A DNA stretch of 64,000 bases, taken from NCBI GenBank assembly GCA_026396065.1, contig JAPLXO010000006.1, positions 1,525 to 65,524 of the forward strand. The letters run 5' to 3'. Under the pieces are notes generated by a model. It was not told the DNA's origin. It did no database searches and saw only the letters and a list, made by a program, of their open reading frames with translations. The translations under genes were made by a program, and so were the position numbers. This DNA is from Candidatus Nomurabacteria bacterium. Its GTDB lineage: Bacteria; Patescibacteriota; Minisyncoccia; Phycocordibacterales; UBA9973. This document shows positions 10,506 to 20,385 of the stretch, piece by piece; the stretch's first letter is position 1; each line of letters starts with the position of its first letter.

Positions 10506-11039
10506 CTACTGAACAACTGCTGGAATAATTGTATTGGTATCAGTATTTCCTGATCCCGATGTGGATGCAGTATCCACTGGAGAAAGTTCAACTACAGTAA
10601 AATCTTTATCCACTGTAAGTTTTGAAATTTTTTGTTCACCTAAAACACTTTTTACAACATATACTTCACCATCCTTAGGTTCAGAAATTACAGAAGCTAT
10701 TATTACTTTATCATTTCCTAAAAACAAACCTGTACCTAAAATTTTATCTTCTATTTTTTTATCTTTATCCCCCTTTAAAAACAAAGATACTGTAAGTGGC
10801 TGTATTGCTTTTAAATTTTCTAGAAGTTGTTGCTGATCTTGTGATAATGCTTCTTTATTGTCAGCTGGTACAATTTTTTCAATTGTTTGTTTTACAATAC
10901 GAGTAATAGGAGTGGTTACTGAAGATGGAGCTTGTTGCATTAATGTGACAGTCGAAATACCAGTAGCAATTGACGTCACAAAAGAAATCAGTAATGCAAG
11001 CAAAATAAGCTGTGATTTATTTAATTCTTTTATATCCAT
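10506..11039 (-). CDS. membrane-anchored protein with degenerate trypsin/HtrA-like segment
   Basis: N-terminal TM helix, GTGLFLGNDKVII resembling HtrA GSGFI; catalytic motifs absent. Confidence 0.55.
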   Translation of the reverse strand: MDIKELNKSQLILLALLISFVTSIATGISTVTLMQQAPSSVTTPITRIVKQTIEKIVPADNKEALSQDQQQLLENLKAIQPLTVSLFLKGDKDKKIEDKILGTGLFLGNDKVIIASVISEPKDGEVYVVKSVLGEQKISKLTVDKDFTVVELSPVDTASTSGSGNTDTNTIIPAVVQ

Positions 11040-11042
11040 AAC

Positions 11043-12227
11043 TTAAGTATACCATTTTTTTAATTTAGACAAAATTTGAGCGAGAGATTTTAAAGTAAAG
11101 TCAATATCTTGTTTTGTAGTCTCACGTCCCATAGAAAAACGTATTGATCCATCCACTTCTTTATTTATTAATTTACCACCATATTCTGCTTCACGAATAG
11201 CCTGAATCACATGTGAAGCTTTTTCGTCGCCTGATTTGCAAGCACTTTTGGAAGAAACCATTATTCCCCTAGCTGAAAGCTCTATCACAAGTAAATCACT
11301 CGGTATTTTAGGAATAGTGACATTTATATTATTTGGTAGTCTTTCTTTTTCATCACCATTTAATAATGTCCCTACAAACTCCAGTTTGTTAGTATGTAAT
11401 AATTGTTGTATAAAATAATCACGGAGTTTTGTTAATCTTTTATTTTCTTTCTCTTTTATTTTTTCTGTAATTTTCAAAGCCTCAGCAAAAGCTAAAATAG
11501 CTGGTAGATTTTCAGTGCCGGCACGCATTCCATTTTCTTGATCTCCACCAAAAATTATTTTTTTAATTGGAGTTCGACGACGAATGTATAAAGCTCCTAT
11601 TCCCTTTGGTCCATATATTTTTCCAGCATTGAAAGACATTAAATCTATTCCTAGCTTTTCTACATTCATATCTAAATAATTCACAGCTTGTGTAGCATCA
11701 GTATGAAATAAAATTTTTGTATTATTTGTTTTATTAAAATGACGAATTTCTTTGGCTATTTCTTTTATTGGTTGTATTGTGCCAATTTCATTGTTTGCAT
11801 ACATCACAGAAACTAATTCTGTATCCAATGTAAGTGCCTTTTTTATTTTCTTCGGATCTATTATTCCATTTGCTTCAACTCCTACAAAAAAGATGCTTCT
11901 TAAACTACTAGGTTCTAGTATCGAAGCATGCTCTATATTTGTCGTAACTATATTTTTAAAATTTTGAATTACAAGATTATTACTTTCAGTAGAACCACTA
12001 GTAAAAACTATCTCATCACTATGCATATCGAAAAATCGTGCTATATCTTTTCGAGTATTATCCAAAAGTTTCTTATTTTCGACTGCATCATCATGAATTG
12101 CGCTACAATTAGCAAAATTCTGCTTCAATGCTTTATCCATTACTTTTAGAACGCTAGCGTCTATAGGCGTAGCTGAAGCATAATCTAGGTATATTTTATT
12201 TAGTTTTTTGGTTGATTTCGACATCAA
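11043..12227 (-). CDS. iscS: cysteine desulfurase (IscS/NifS family)
   Basis: YLDYASATP, HTDATQ, GKIYGPKG, RAGTEN, SKSAC (catalytic Cys), IRFS. Confidence 0.9.
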   Translation of the reverse strand: MMSKSTKKLNKIYLDYASATPIDASVLKVMDKALKQNFANCSAIHDDAVENKKLLDNTRKDIARFFDMHSDEIVFTSGSTESNNLVIQNFKNIVTTNIEHASILEPSSLRSIFFVGVEANGIIDPKKIKKALTLDTELVSVMYANNEIGTIQPIKEIAKEIRHFNKTNNTKILFHTDATQAVNYLDMNVEKLGIDLMSFNAGKIYGPKGIGALYIRRRTPIKKIIFGGDQENGMRAGTENLPAILAFAEALKITEKIKEKENKRLTKLRDYFIQQLLHTNKLEFVGTLLNGDEKERLPNNINVTIPKIPSDLLVIELSARGIMVSSKSACKSGDEKASHVIQAIREAEYGGKLINKEVDGSIRFSMGRETTKQDIDFTLKSLAQILSKLKKWYT

Positions 12228-12247
12228 TATAGTATATATTAAATTAT

Positions 12248-12715
12248 ATGAATATAAAGCTCGACAATATTGTTTTCTTGGCTTTTTTTGTTTTAACCCT
12301 ACTTGGTCTATTTGCTATGCTATTTTGGATAGTGAAAACAGAAAAACGTTTATCTAAATTTTTCATGGGTAAAAAAGCTAAAGACCTAGAAGATACTATA
12401 GAATCTCTAACACAAGATATCAAGGAATTAAAAAAAGCCAAAGAATATGCTGAAAACGAAATTGTAGGAATAAACAAAAAGCTAAAGCAAAGTATCCGTG
12501 GAGTGGAAACAATAAGATACAACCCTTTCCCTGATCAAGGTAGCAATCAATCTTTTGCAATAGGAATGTTAAACGAGGAAGGAAATGGCGTCGTAATTTC
12601 AAGTTTGTATTCTCGTGAGAGAATGAGTGTATTTGCAAAGCCAGTAAAAAACGGAGTTTCAGAATTTGAACTCACAAATGAAGAGAAAGAAGTTTTGAAA
12701 AAAGCAAAGATCTAA
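12248..12715 (+). CDS. DUF4446-like membrane-anchored protein
   Basis: TM helix, coiled coil, RYNPF..GSNQSF..G.VISSL.SR..FAKP..EE pattern. Confidence 0.8.
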   Translation: MNIKLDNIVFLAFFVLTLLGLFAMLFWIVKTEKRLSKFFMGKKAKDLEDTIESLTQDIKELKKAKEYAENEIVGINKKLKQSIRGVETIRYNPFPDQGSNQSFAIGMLNEEGNGVVISSLYSRERMSVFAKPVKNGVSEFELTNEEKEVLKKAKI

Positions 12716-12727
12716 TTAAAAAAAATA

Positions 12728-14230
12728 ATGGAAAATAAAAACGACAATCAAATAGAAAGACCGCCTATAGTAGCAGTGATGGGTCATATTGACCATGGTA
12801 AATCTACTATTCTTGATTATATAAGAAAGACAAATATTACAGAACGTGAAGCTGGTGGTATAACTCAACATATTTCTGCATACGAAGTAGTACACAAGGA
12901 TGAAAAAGGTAAAGACAAGAAAATTACTTTCCTAGATACTCCAGGACATGAAGCTTTTTCTAAAATGCGTGAGCGAGGTGCAAAAATTGCTGATATAGCA
13001 ATTCTAGTAGTTTCCGCTGAAGATGGAGTAAAGCCTCAGACTATTGAAGCATATAAAACAATTGTGGACAGTAAAACTCCTTGCATTGTAGCTATAAACA
13101 AAATAGATAAACCTGGAGCTGATATAGAAAAGACAAAAATGAGCTTGGCAGAAAATGAAATTTATTTGGAGGGCTACGGAGGAACTACTCCTTTTGCTCT
13201 AGTATCAGCAAAGACTGGAGCTGGTATAGATGAATTACTTACTTTGATCCTTGTTCTTGCAGAAATGGAAAGCTTCACTGGAAATGCAAATGCAGGTGCA
13301 GAAGGTTTTATTCTTGAATCAAATCTTGACTCAAAACGTGGTATACAAGCTACTTTGATAATAAAAAATGGAACTCTTAAAAAAGGAATGCTCGTAACCG
13401 TAGAAGATGCTATATGTGCTACTCGCATTATGGAAAACTTTTTAGGTAAAACAGTATCTGAAGCGACTTTCTCATCCCCTGTACGACTAGTAGGTTTCGA
13501 TAAGGTACCAAAAGTCGGTGGAGCATTTATTGGTTATCAAAATAAAAAAGAAGCAGAAGAAGCAGTAAAAAATTGGAAAAATAAAACTTCTGGAACATCT
13601 ACAGATAAAGCTGAAGATAGTGGAAAAAAGTTAATTCCGATTATTTTAAAAGCAGATGTTTCTGGCTCATTAGAAGCTATTGAAAAAGAAATTGGTAAAA
13701 TTAATACTGAAAATGCAGAGTTTAGAATCGTACAAAAAGGAGTAGGACCTATTTCAGAAAATGACTTAAAGGGTGCTGGTGGATTACAAAATATGATTAT
13801 AATTGGTTTCAACGTAAAGACTGATAAAAATGCTATCGAGTATGCAGATAGACTAGGTGTGACACTTTCAAGTTTTGATATTATTTACAAAATGACTGAT
13901 TGGCTAAAAGAAGAAATGGAAAAAAGACGACCAAAGATAGAAACAGTCCAAACTATTGGTAAAGCTAAAATATTAAAAGCTTTCAGCCAGACAAAAGAGC
14001 GCCAAATAGTAGGTGGAAAAGTTATCGAAGGAAATATTTTGATAGATCAAGTTGTAAAAATAATTCGTCGTGAAAATGAAATAGGACGTGCCCGAATCGT
14101 AAACTTAGAGAAAGGTAAAACAAAAACAAGCTCTGTAGAAGAAGGCACAGAATTCGGTATGATGATTGAATCAAAAATTGAAATCGTAGCTGGTGATGTA
14201 GTAGAGTGTTTTGCTCTTGTGCAAAAATAA
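12728..14230 (+). CDS. infB: translation initiation factor IF-2 (short N-terminus)
   Basis: [37 protein letters not shown]. Confidence 0.96.
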   Translation: MENKNDNQIERPPIVAVMGHIDHGKSTILDYIRKTNITEREAGGITQHISAYEVVHKDEKGKDKKITFLDTPGHEAFSKMRERGAKIADIAILVVSAEDGVKPQTIEAYKTIVDSKTPCIVAINKIDKPGADIEKTKMSLAENEIYLEGYGGTTPFALVSAKTGAGIDELLTLILVLAEMESFTGNANAGAEGFILESNLDSKRGIQATLIIKNGTLKKGMLVTVEDAICATRIMENFLGKTVSEATFSSPVRLVGFDKVPKVGGAFIGYQNKKEAEEAVKNWKNKTSGTSTDKAEDSGKKLIPIILKADVSGSLEAIEKEIGKINTENAEFRIVQKGVGPISENDLKGAGGLQNMIIIGFNVKTDKNAIEYADRLGVTLSSFDIIYKMTDWLKEEMEKRRPKIETVQTIGKAKILKAFSQTKERQIVGGKVIEGNILIDQVVKIIRRENEIGRARIVNLEKGKTKTSSVEEGTEFGMMIESKIEIVAGDVVECFALVQK

Positions 14231-14233
14231 AAA

Positions 14234-14557
14234 ATGACTGAACGAATAGAAAAAGTAAATAAATTAGTAAAAGGACTCACTGCGAATTTTTTAAATCGTG
14301 AGAGTACTTCGGCATCTCTAATATCTGTAACAGATGTATCAGTGTCGCCTGATTTAAAAAAGGCTAAAATACTTCTTTCTGTATTACCAGAATCACAAGA
14401 AAAAACTGCTTTACTTTTTGCCAAAAGAAAACTCGGTGAGATGAGAGATTATTTAAAACAAAATATGGAAACAAAGCACGTACCTTTTTTGGAAGTAGAG
14501 ATAGATAAAGGAGAAAAGAATCGTCAAAAGATTGACGAGTTGCTGAGGGAAAAGTAA
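14234..14557 (+). CDS. rbfA: ribosome-binding factor A
   Basis: Follows infB; VTDVSVSPDLKKAK, P.L...D pattern. Confidence 0.88.
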   Translation: MTERIEKVNKLVKGLTANFLNRESTSASLISVTDVSVSPDLKKAKILLSVLPESQEKTALLFAKRKLGEMRDYLKQNMETKHVPFLEVEIDKGEKNRQKIDELLREK

Positions 14558-14569
14558 GATGGTTAGACA

Positions 14570-14616
14570 CCTCACCCGCCTCAGTAGAGGCACCCTCTCC
14601 TTATAAAGGAGAGGGT
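14570..14616. repeat. REP-like CCTCACC...CCCTCTCC/GGAGAGGG element, copy 2
   Basis: ACCCTCTCCTT-ATA-AAGGAGAGGGT hairpin; matches 17268-17296. Confidence 0.7.
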
Positions 14617-14645
14617 TAGGTGGAAAGCTAAAGCTTTCGATATTG

Positions 14646-14717
14646 GGCCTGGTAGCCAAGTGGTAAGGCATTCCTCTGCAAAAGGAATATACGGCGGTTC
14701 GATTCCGCCCCAGGCCT
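14646..14717 (+). tRNA. tRNA-Cys(GCA)
   Basis: GGCCTGG/CCAGGCC acceptor stem, TTCCT-CTGCAAA-AGGAA, U73. Confidence 0.95.
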
Positions 14718-14763
14718 CAATTGTTAATTAAAAATATATAATTTATAATTAACAATACAAAGT

Positions 14764-14835
14764 TTGCCCGGATGGATGAAAAATAAACTGCTTTATTTTT
14801 CATCCGAGTGAAATGAGGAGGCCGCCATCCGGGCA
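14764..14835. repeat. inverted repeat built from the tRNA-Leu(TAA) 5' end
   Basis: TTGCCCGGATGG...CCGCCATCCGGGCAA; the arms are sense and antisense copies of GCCCGGATGG(CGG) at 14884. Confidence 0.7.
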
Positions 14836-14883
14836 ATGATTTTGTTTACAAAATAGAAAATATGAAATATATTTTCTAAATAT

Positions 14884-14965
14884 GCCCGGATGGCGGAATT
14901 GGTATACGCGCACGACTTAAAATCGTGTCTCGTAAGGGATGTGGGTTCGACTCCCACTCCGGGCA
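14884..14965 (+). tRNA. tRNA-Leu(TAA)
   Basis: GCCCGGA/TCCGGGC, CACGA-CTTAAAA-TCGTG, variable arm. Confidence 0.96.
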
Positions 14966-14993
14966 CAGTGCATTTATGCACCAATCTGATTAT

Positions 14994-15066
14994 GCGCCCA
15001 TAACTCAGCTGGTAGAGTAGCTCCCTCTTAAGGAGAATGTCGTAGGTTCGATCCCTACTGGGCGCA
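14994..15066 (+). tRNA. tRNA-Lys(CTT)
   Basis: GCGCCCA/TGGGCGC, CTCC-CTCTTAA-GGAG, GTAGG-TTCGATC-CCTAC. Confidence 0.93.
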
Positions 15067-15109
15067 CAAGATTAAAAAGTTTACGGGGTAAAGTTTTTAA
15101 TTTGTGCGA

Positions 15110-15173
15110 GGCGGAGGCACGGAGGTGCCGAGCCAGGGTCGTACAAAAATTCACCAGAATTTTATGTATGACC
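15110..15173 (+). repeat. tRNA-adjacent two-hairpin repeat, copy 3 (divergent)
   Basis: GGC-GGA-GGCAC-GGAG-GTGCC-GA-GCC + GGTCGTACAAAAATTCACCAGAATTTTATGTATGACC; same fold as copies 1 and 2 with covarying stems. Confidence 0.65.
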
Positions 15174-15178
15174 AGATT

Positions 15179-15260
15179 GCTGGAGTGGCGGAATTGGTAT
15201 ACGCGCTAGTCTTAGGAACTAGTCCCGCAAGGGTTGAGGGTTCGAGTCCCTCCTCCAGCA
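15179..15260 (+). tRNA. tRNA-Leu(TAG)
   Basis: GCTGGAG/CTCCAGC, CTAGT-CTTAGGA-ACTAG, variable arm. Confidence 0.96.
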
Positions 15261-15282
15261 CAAAATTTGTTATAATGGTGGA

Positions 15283-16422
15283 ATGAAAAAATTCCTTCGT
15301 TTATTTCCTGTTGAAGTATATGTCATCGTTATACCAACTATTTTATTTTTTCTTACCTTGGGCTTAAAACACCTTGACTGTTACATACAATCTGTAAATT
15401 TTTGCAATACGTTTCCACCAAAAGGTGATTACTTATCATCTCTTTTAGAAAATACGACTATTCCAGTAATAATGTCCTTCCTTTGTATATACCTAATATT
15501 CCACTTCGTTCTTTTAGTTTCAAAAAGAAGCCCGGACACCAAAGAAAAATCATTATTTAATATAAGAAGTTTTATATTTATTTTTGGATTACTTTACATT
15601 AGTGCCTTGGTAATAGCATTTGAGACAAAAACAATCTTTTTCACAGCAGATCCAATTCGCACAGCACAAGTCTCTGAACTTTTAATGCATACAGACAAAT
15701 TCTTATTTGGTTCATACGTACCATTTTCTCTCCATCATTTGATAAGCTCAAACATAGTGAGCCAAATATTTTATAATTCTTATATATATTTATTCCCTAC
15801 TATTTTTGTTATTATAATAATCTCTCTATTCTCTAATAAAAAAATATTTAGAAAATTCATGATTGCGTATTTTTTAGCTTTCTTAATTGCTTTGCCAATT
15901 TGGATACATTTTCCAGCGATTTCTCCAGATTCAATGTATCGTGCAAATATTTTGAATGCAAATATTCCTACAGAAATAAAAAAGGTAGTCGAAAATACAC
16001 CGATCTTACCAAGTATGCAAAAAAATATTTCTTAAATTGGAAAATTTTGGGTAGATCCAAAGGGTAACTCACTTGCTATAAGCACTTTCCCTAGTATGCA
16101 CGCAGCATGGGGAATAATTGCTTGTGTGGCTTTAATAGAAATTTGGGGACCGTTAGCGATCATTGCCATACCTTGGATAATTGCAGAGTTAATAGGAACA
16201 ATGTACACATTGGAACATTACGCAGTAGATGTAATATTAGGGATTATTATTGGATTTTTTGCTCTATGGATAACAAAAAGACTTTTAAAATTTGAAAAAC
16301 AATACTTTGTTGACCATTACAACCTTTTTTCTATTTTTGAACACTTAGAAAAACACTACAGAAATACAAATCAAAAAGTTAAGGAAAAAATAGATAAAAT
16401 ATCCAAAATAAGCTATAAATAA
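15283..16422 (+). pseudogene. PAP2-superfamily (Aur1/IPC-synthase-like) membrane protein split by one in-frame TAA
   Basis: The frame continues past TAA 16033-16035 as IGKFWVDPKGNSLAISTFPSMHAAW...HYAVD (PAP2 motifs). Confidence 0.8.
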
Positions 16423-16507
16423 AGGGTTGATTCTGAGAATATGCTTCAAGGCTTAACGTACCTATTTAGGGCTTGACTTTTAAATTCATATATGCTATAC
16501 TTAAGGT

Positions 16508-17254
16508 ATGATGAATAAAATAATAAACAAAAATTCAATAATTTTAACTTTAGCAGTAATCTTGGCTTTCAGCACAATTGTGTTAATGCCAATGAAAGCA
16601 AGTGCTAATGGTAACTATGGTACATGGACATCTACTGGTGTATCTTATGGTGGTACTAATTCTGGTTCCCCTGATGGTGGTACTAACTATAATAATAATT
16701 ATAACAACAATAATTATTACACAAATCCTGTTCCAATAATTTATTCTATTACACCAAATTCTATGAAGACAGGAGATGGAATTGTACCAGTAGTTATCAC
16801 AGGAACAAACTTTGTTTCAGGATCATTGGTTCAAGTAAATGGTTCATACAAATCAACTAGTTACAATAGTTCAAATCAACTTACAGTAATGCTAAACAGT
16901 TCTGAATTACCAGCAGGAACTTATATCTTAGGTGTATTCAACCCTACACCAGGTGGAGGAAATTCAAACGGAGCATATTTAACTGTCACAAGTTCAGTAG
17001 CACCTTCAACAATTTCTACAGGAGCTACAACTACTGCTACAGCAGCAACTACAAGTGGTACAAAAGCAAAAGTTGCAAAGAAAGCTACATCAACTACAAA
17101 TAAAGACTTGACTGCAGGTGCAGGAAATGGATTCTTGCCTACAAACTTTATACAATGGTTGTTTGCAGCAATATTGATACTCTTGCTTGTAATACTATTT
17201 AGAAAACTTTATGTCACTGAAAAAGATAAACAAGCACCATTAAAACACGCTTAA
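16508..17254 (+). CDS. surface protein with IPT/TIG-like Ig domain and C-terminal TM anchor
   Basis: Signal peptide, N/Y-rich linker, PIIYSITPNS..VITGTNF..V.NP.PGGG.SN, Thr-rich stalk, TM helix. Confidence 0.75.
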   Translation: MMNKIINKNSIILTLAVILAFSTIVLMPMKASANGNYGTWTSTGVSYGGTNSGSPDGGTNYNNNYNNNNYYTNPVPIIYSITPNSMKTGDGIVPVVITGTNFVSGSLVQVNGSYKSTSYNSSNQLTVMLNSSELPAGTYILGVFNPTPGGGNSNGAYLTVTSSVAPSTISTGATTTATAATTSGTKAKVAKKATSTTNKDLTAGAGNGFLPTNFIQWLFAAILILLLVILFRKLYVTEKDKQAPLKHA

Positions 17255-17256
17255 GA

Positions 17257-17296
17257 CCTCACCACCTACCCCCTCTCCTTGTAAAGGAGAGGGGGT
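17257..17296. repeat. REP-like CCTCACC...CCCTCTCC/GGAGAGGG element, copy 3
   Basis: ACCCCCTCTCCTT-GTA-AAGGAGAGGGGGT. Confidence 0.7.
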
Positions 17297-17315
17297 TTTG
17301 GTTTCCAAATTTAGC

Positions 17316-17450
17316 TTGACTTTTTGTATTGTATATGATATACTTTGTGAGTAAAATGTTTTTTGAAAAAAGGTTAGGTTAGTTATGTTTAGCCGAGTCG
17401 CTCATCCCCTATTTTTTCTGGGAGATGAACTTTGGGCTAAACATAACTAA
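17316..17450 (+). promoter_or_regulatory. sigma70 promoter + boxA-like motif + hairpin leader (C)
   Basis: TTGACT-17-TATACT, GTTTTTTGAAAA at 17358, hairpin 17379-17450. Confidence 0.65.
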
Positions 17451-17489
17451 TAAATTAATAATTAAACTAATCAATAAAAAATAGAAATC

Positions 17490-18641
17490 ATGAACGTAAT
17501 AATAGTAAAAATCATTTGCCTCTTAGTGAGTGCATTAGCAACATTTTGTTTGTTTATTTCAATTAGAAGACCGCCACGTGGTTCAATGCAAGTAATTAGC
17601 TTAAGGGGAACATTCTACATGGTTATTTCAAACATACCCGGATATAGAATAAACAATCCTCGAACAGTAAGTTACGACCCGACTATTCCAGCTTGGGATA
17701 AAGTTCCATTAAAAAAAGGTGAAACAGGAAGATGGATTAATCTTTTCTTTTTACCAATATGGTTCTTCCAAATTGAAACGTATGAGTTCACTTATACGAA
17801 AGTAAAAAACGTAAGTAATTTAAAAGAAGATGACAAAAAAATATGGGATATCGATACAACAGAATGTATCATTGAACGTACAAATATGTCAGACCATTTC
17901 ATGCACCGCGAAGAATACGCCACTGTTACAAAAAATTTAGACCTAAGAGACCTAAAAGGTAAACTACACATGTATACCAATGTAGCAATGGAAATTTTCA
18001 ACGCAAAAGACGCATTGTATGAAACAAAAAGTTACATGCGTACTACTCGTTCCAGTTTTGATGGACAAATGGGAACTTTGGTAAGGTCAAAAAGCCTAAC
18101 ACAAGTGAACAAAATTAAATCTGAAGGAGTAGACAGTGCCTTCGAATCTTACATGGAATTAATTAACAAAAGTATTCCAGCTGTTCCAGCAGGAACAGGA
18201 ACACCTCCAACACCAGCAATAGCTGAACACATCGGCCTTGATAAATTTGGAACGAAAATTTCCAAGATAACTTTCATCGACTGGAAACCAGCAGATGAGG
18301 CTACCGAACTTTTGGCTGCAACTTATTTAAAAGTTGATAAAGCTAAACAGGACAAAAAAATCAAGATTACCGAAGCAGAAGCTACTGCAGCTGAAACAAA
18401 TTTAACAGGAGACGCAACCAATAGAATTGAGATGGAAAAATTGATCAGAACAGGTAAACTGAAGGTTGAGTTCAATGCTGATGGAAGTATTAAAAATACA
18501 ACATTAATTCCTGATGCAAACACAAAAATAACTGCTGAAAATCAAAAAGCAATAGCTGAGCAGTTAGCTAAGTTAGCAAAAGTAAAAGGTACACTTGTAC
18601 TGGGTGATGGAGTATTGAACACATTAAATTTAAAAAAGTAA
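17490..18641 (+). CDS. divergent SPFH/band-7-like membrane protein
   Basis: N-terminal TM helix, FGTKISKITFID strand followed by an AE-rich coiled coil (TEAEATAAE). Confidence 0.5.
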   Translation: MNVIIVKIICLLVSALATFCLFISIRRPPRGSMQVISLRGTFYMVISNIPGYRINNPRTVSYDPTIPAWDKVPLKKGETGRWINLFFLPIWFFQIETYEFTYTKVKNVSNLKEDDKKIWDIDTTECIIERTNMSDHFMHREEYATVTKNLDLRDLKGKLHMYTNVAMEIFNAKDALYETKSYMRTTRSSFDGQMGTLVRSKSLTQVNKIKSEGVDSAFESYMELINKSIPAVPAGTGTPPTPAIAEHIGLDKFGTKISKITFIDWKPADEATELLAATYLKVDKAKQDKKIKITEAEATAAETNLTGDATNRIEMEKLIRTGKLKVEFNADGSIKNTTLIPDANTKITAENQKAIAEQLAKLAKVKGTLVLGDGVLNTLNLKK

Positions 18642-18642
18642 G

Positions 18643-19377
18643 ATGATGAAAGCAACAAGAAAAAACATCATTTTACTAAGTTCTTTAATCTTAGTACTTA
18701 TTGCGATCATTATAGTAATGTATTTTGCAGTAAGATACCATTCATGGAGTATCCCAACAATAATTTTTGTATATGGACCAATAGTAGGACTAATTATCCT
18801 ACTTATTGTTCTAGCAAAATCCAATTCGAGTTCCGGAAGGTCTAAACCGTCTTCTGGAACCACTGGAAAAAATTATTTTGCTTGGATAAAGAAAATAAAC
18901 TTTTGGATAGTTGGAATTGCACTTGGAGTATTAGCCCTTATTATTATTTTGATAATAGTATTTTCTAATAAAAGAAGTGCTGTAAATCAAAAAAGGGATA
19001 TTAATGCAACCTATGTTGCTCTAAAAATTACTACAATTTCAAAAGCACCTGTTGTAAAAACTACCCCAATCGTTATCGACTCTTTGAAAGAAGGTGACGA
19101 CACTTTGGTACTTGGTAACAAAATTATTATCTATATCGATCCTTTAAAAGGTTGGTCTAGAGCGTATATCTTACCACTAGGCGGACCTAGAAAGTTTGCT
19201 ACTGTTACATTCACTTCGGTGAGTAATCCATCACAATCATTTGATGATGATGGACATGGTACAAACATTCAAAAATGGTGGGCAATGCAAAAAGGTTACT
19301 ACATTGTAACGTTGCTTGAACCATCTAATCTAAAAATATGGTTCCGTTGGGCTGATTACAAAAAGTTCAACGACTAA
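18643..19377 (+). CDS. hypothetical membrane protein
   Basis: Three TM segments and a soluble C-terminal domain; co-transcribed with the upstream ORF. Confidence 0.7.
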   Translation: MMKATRKNIILLSSLILVLIAIIIVMYFAVRYHSWSIPTIIFVYGPIVGLIILLIVLAKSNSSSGRSKPSSGTTGKNYFAWIKKINFWIVGIALGVLALIIILIIVFSNKRSAVNQKRDINATYVALKITTISKAPVVKTTPIVIDSLKEGDDTLVLGNKIIIYIDPLKGWSRAYILPLGGPRKFATVTFTSVSNPSQSFDDDGHGTNIQKWWAMQKGYYIVTLLEPSNLKIWFRWADYKKFND

Positions 19378-19440
19378 CACACAAAATTTGAAGATCTATA
19401 TAATGCGGATACTTCAAAGGAACACAAAGCATTGTAAAAC

Positions 19441-19473
19441 AAAAGCCTCTCGATTTTCATCGAGAGGCTTTTA
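19441..19473. terminator. bidirectional intrinsic terminator
   Basis: AAAAGCCTCTCGAT-TTTC-ATCGAGAGGCTTTT. Confidence 0.8.
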
Positions 19474-19491
19474 TCATTTTCAGAGTATCTT

Positions 19492-19857
19492 TTATTGTAG
19501 CAAACCTGCTGGTGGAGTAGGAGTATAAGTATTTAGGATTACTGTCCCATTTTCAGGATCTATATTAGTACCGCTAGTATTTATACCTAGTGTGTCTATA
19601 ATGACACCCATAAGCATAAACACAGCCATCATAATAACAAGACCTAAAATACCATACATCATATGCTTCTTACCTTCTGTCCTCTTTTCTTCATTTGTAG
19701 AATTTGTCAAAAATTGAAAAATTCCCCAAAGAAAATAAGCGAGAGCTAAAGCAAAAAGAAGTAAGATGAGTGGATTAATAATAAGATTATTTACCTTAAG
19801 AATAAATACATCCAAACTCTCACCTGCGTATGCTACATTTGTAAAGAATAAACTCAT
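19492..19857 (-). CDS. VirB2/TrbC-like (CPR T4SS-pilin family) protein
   Basis: TM-WGIFQF..NEEKRTEGKKHMMYGILGL-TM pattern. Confidence 0.8.
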   Translation of the reverse strand: MSLFFTNVAYAGESLDVFILKVNNLIINPLILLLFALALAYFLWGIFQFLTNSTNEEKRTEGKKHMMYGILGLVIMMAVFMLMGVIIDTLGINTSGTNIDPENGTVILNTYTPTPPAGLLQ

Positions 19858-19870
19858 AAAAACTTTTTAA

Positions 19871-20260
19871 CTAACAAGTAACTCCAGGACTAGTGAAACA
19901 TGGAGTGTAGATATTTCCTGTACTTTGGCCAATACCAAGAGTAGTCTTCAAAATACTTACCAATCCCCAGATAGATACAATTATAACTAAAGCGATAAGA
20001 CCGTAGATAACCATGTTACGTCCTCTTTTCTTAGCTTCTTCGTCGTTTGCAATCATGTAAGTGATAACACCCCAAACGAAGTAAACGACTCCCAATGCCA
20101 CCAAAATAGGCATTATAGTAGCCAATAATACACTGATTCTACATAGAACATCTCCTAAACCAGCACTATTTCCTGTATTACAAGCACCTTGAGCTAAAGC
20201 TAAAAATGGAGTCAACGCTGCCAAACTAACTAATGGGATTAACTTTTTTACAATTTTCAT
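19871..20260 (-). CDS. VirB2/TrbC-like pilin
   Basis: Signal peptide (ALAQ), WGVITY..DEEAKKRGRNMVIYGLIAL..SIWGLV. Confidence 0.82.
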   Translation of the reverse strand: MKIVKKLIPLVSLAALTPFLALAQGACNTGNSAGLGDVLCRISVLLATIMPILVALGVVYFVWGVITYMIANDEEAKKRGRNMVIYGLIALVIIVSIWGLVSILKTTLGIGQSTGNIYTPCFTSPGVTC

Positions 20261-20385
20261 AAATAATTTTTTTAATTAATAATTAATAATAATAAATTTT
20301 TTAACGACCTTTTTTATAATTTTCCTAAATAATTAGGCAATTTAACACAGGTATATTGTATCATAAAAAACCATTGATTTGTCAA

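Noticed and set aside
14453-15286. Short ORFs across the tRNA cluster
   Set aside because: Overlap tRNA-Cys and tRNA-Leu genes and repeats
16668-16722. GGTGGTACTAA and AAT/AAC short repeats
   Set aside because: Low-complexity coding linker (GGTN, NNY), not a CRISPR array or VNTR system
20305-20315. AAAAAAGGTCG in the leader of the 20260 pilin
   Set aside because: Possibly a translation or regulatory motif, but only one instance was seen in this window, so it cannot be supported
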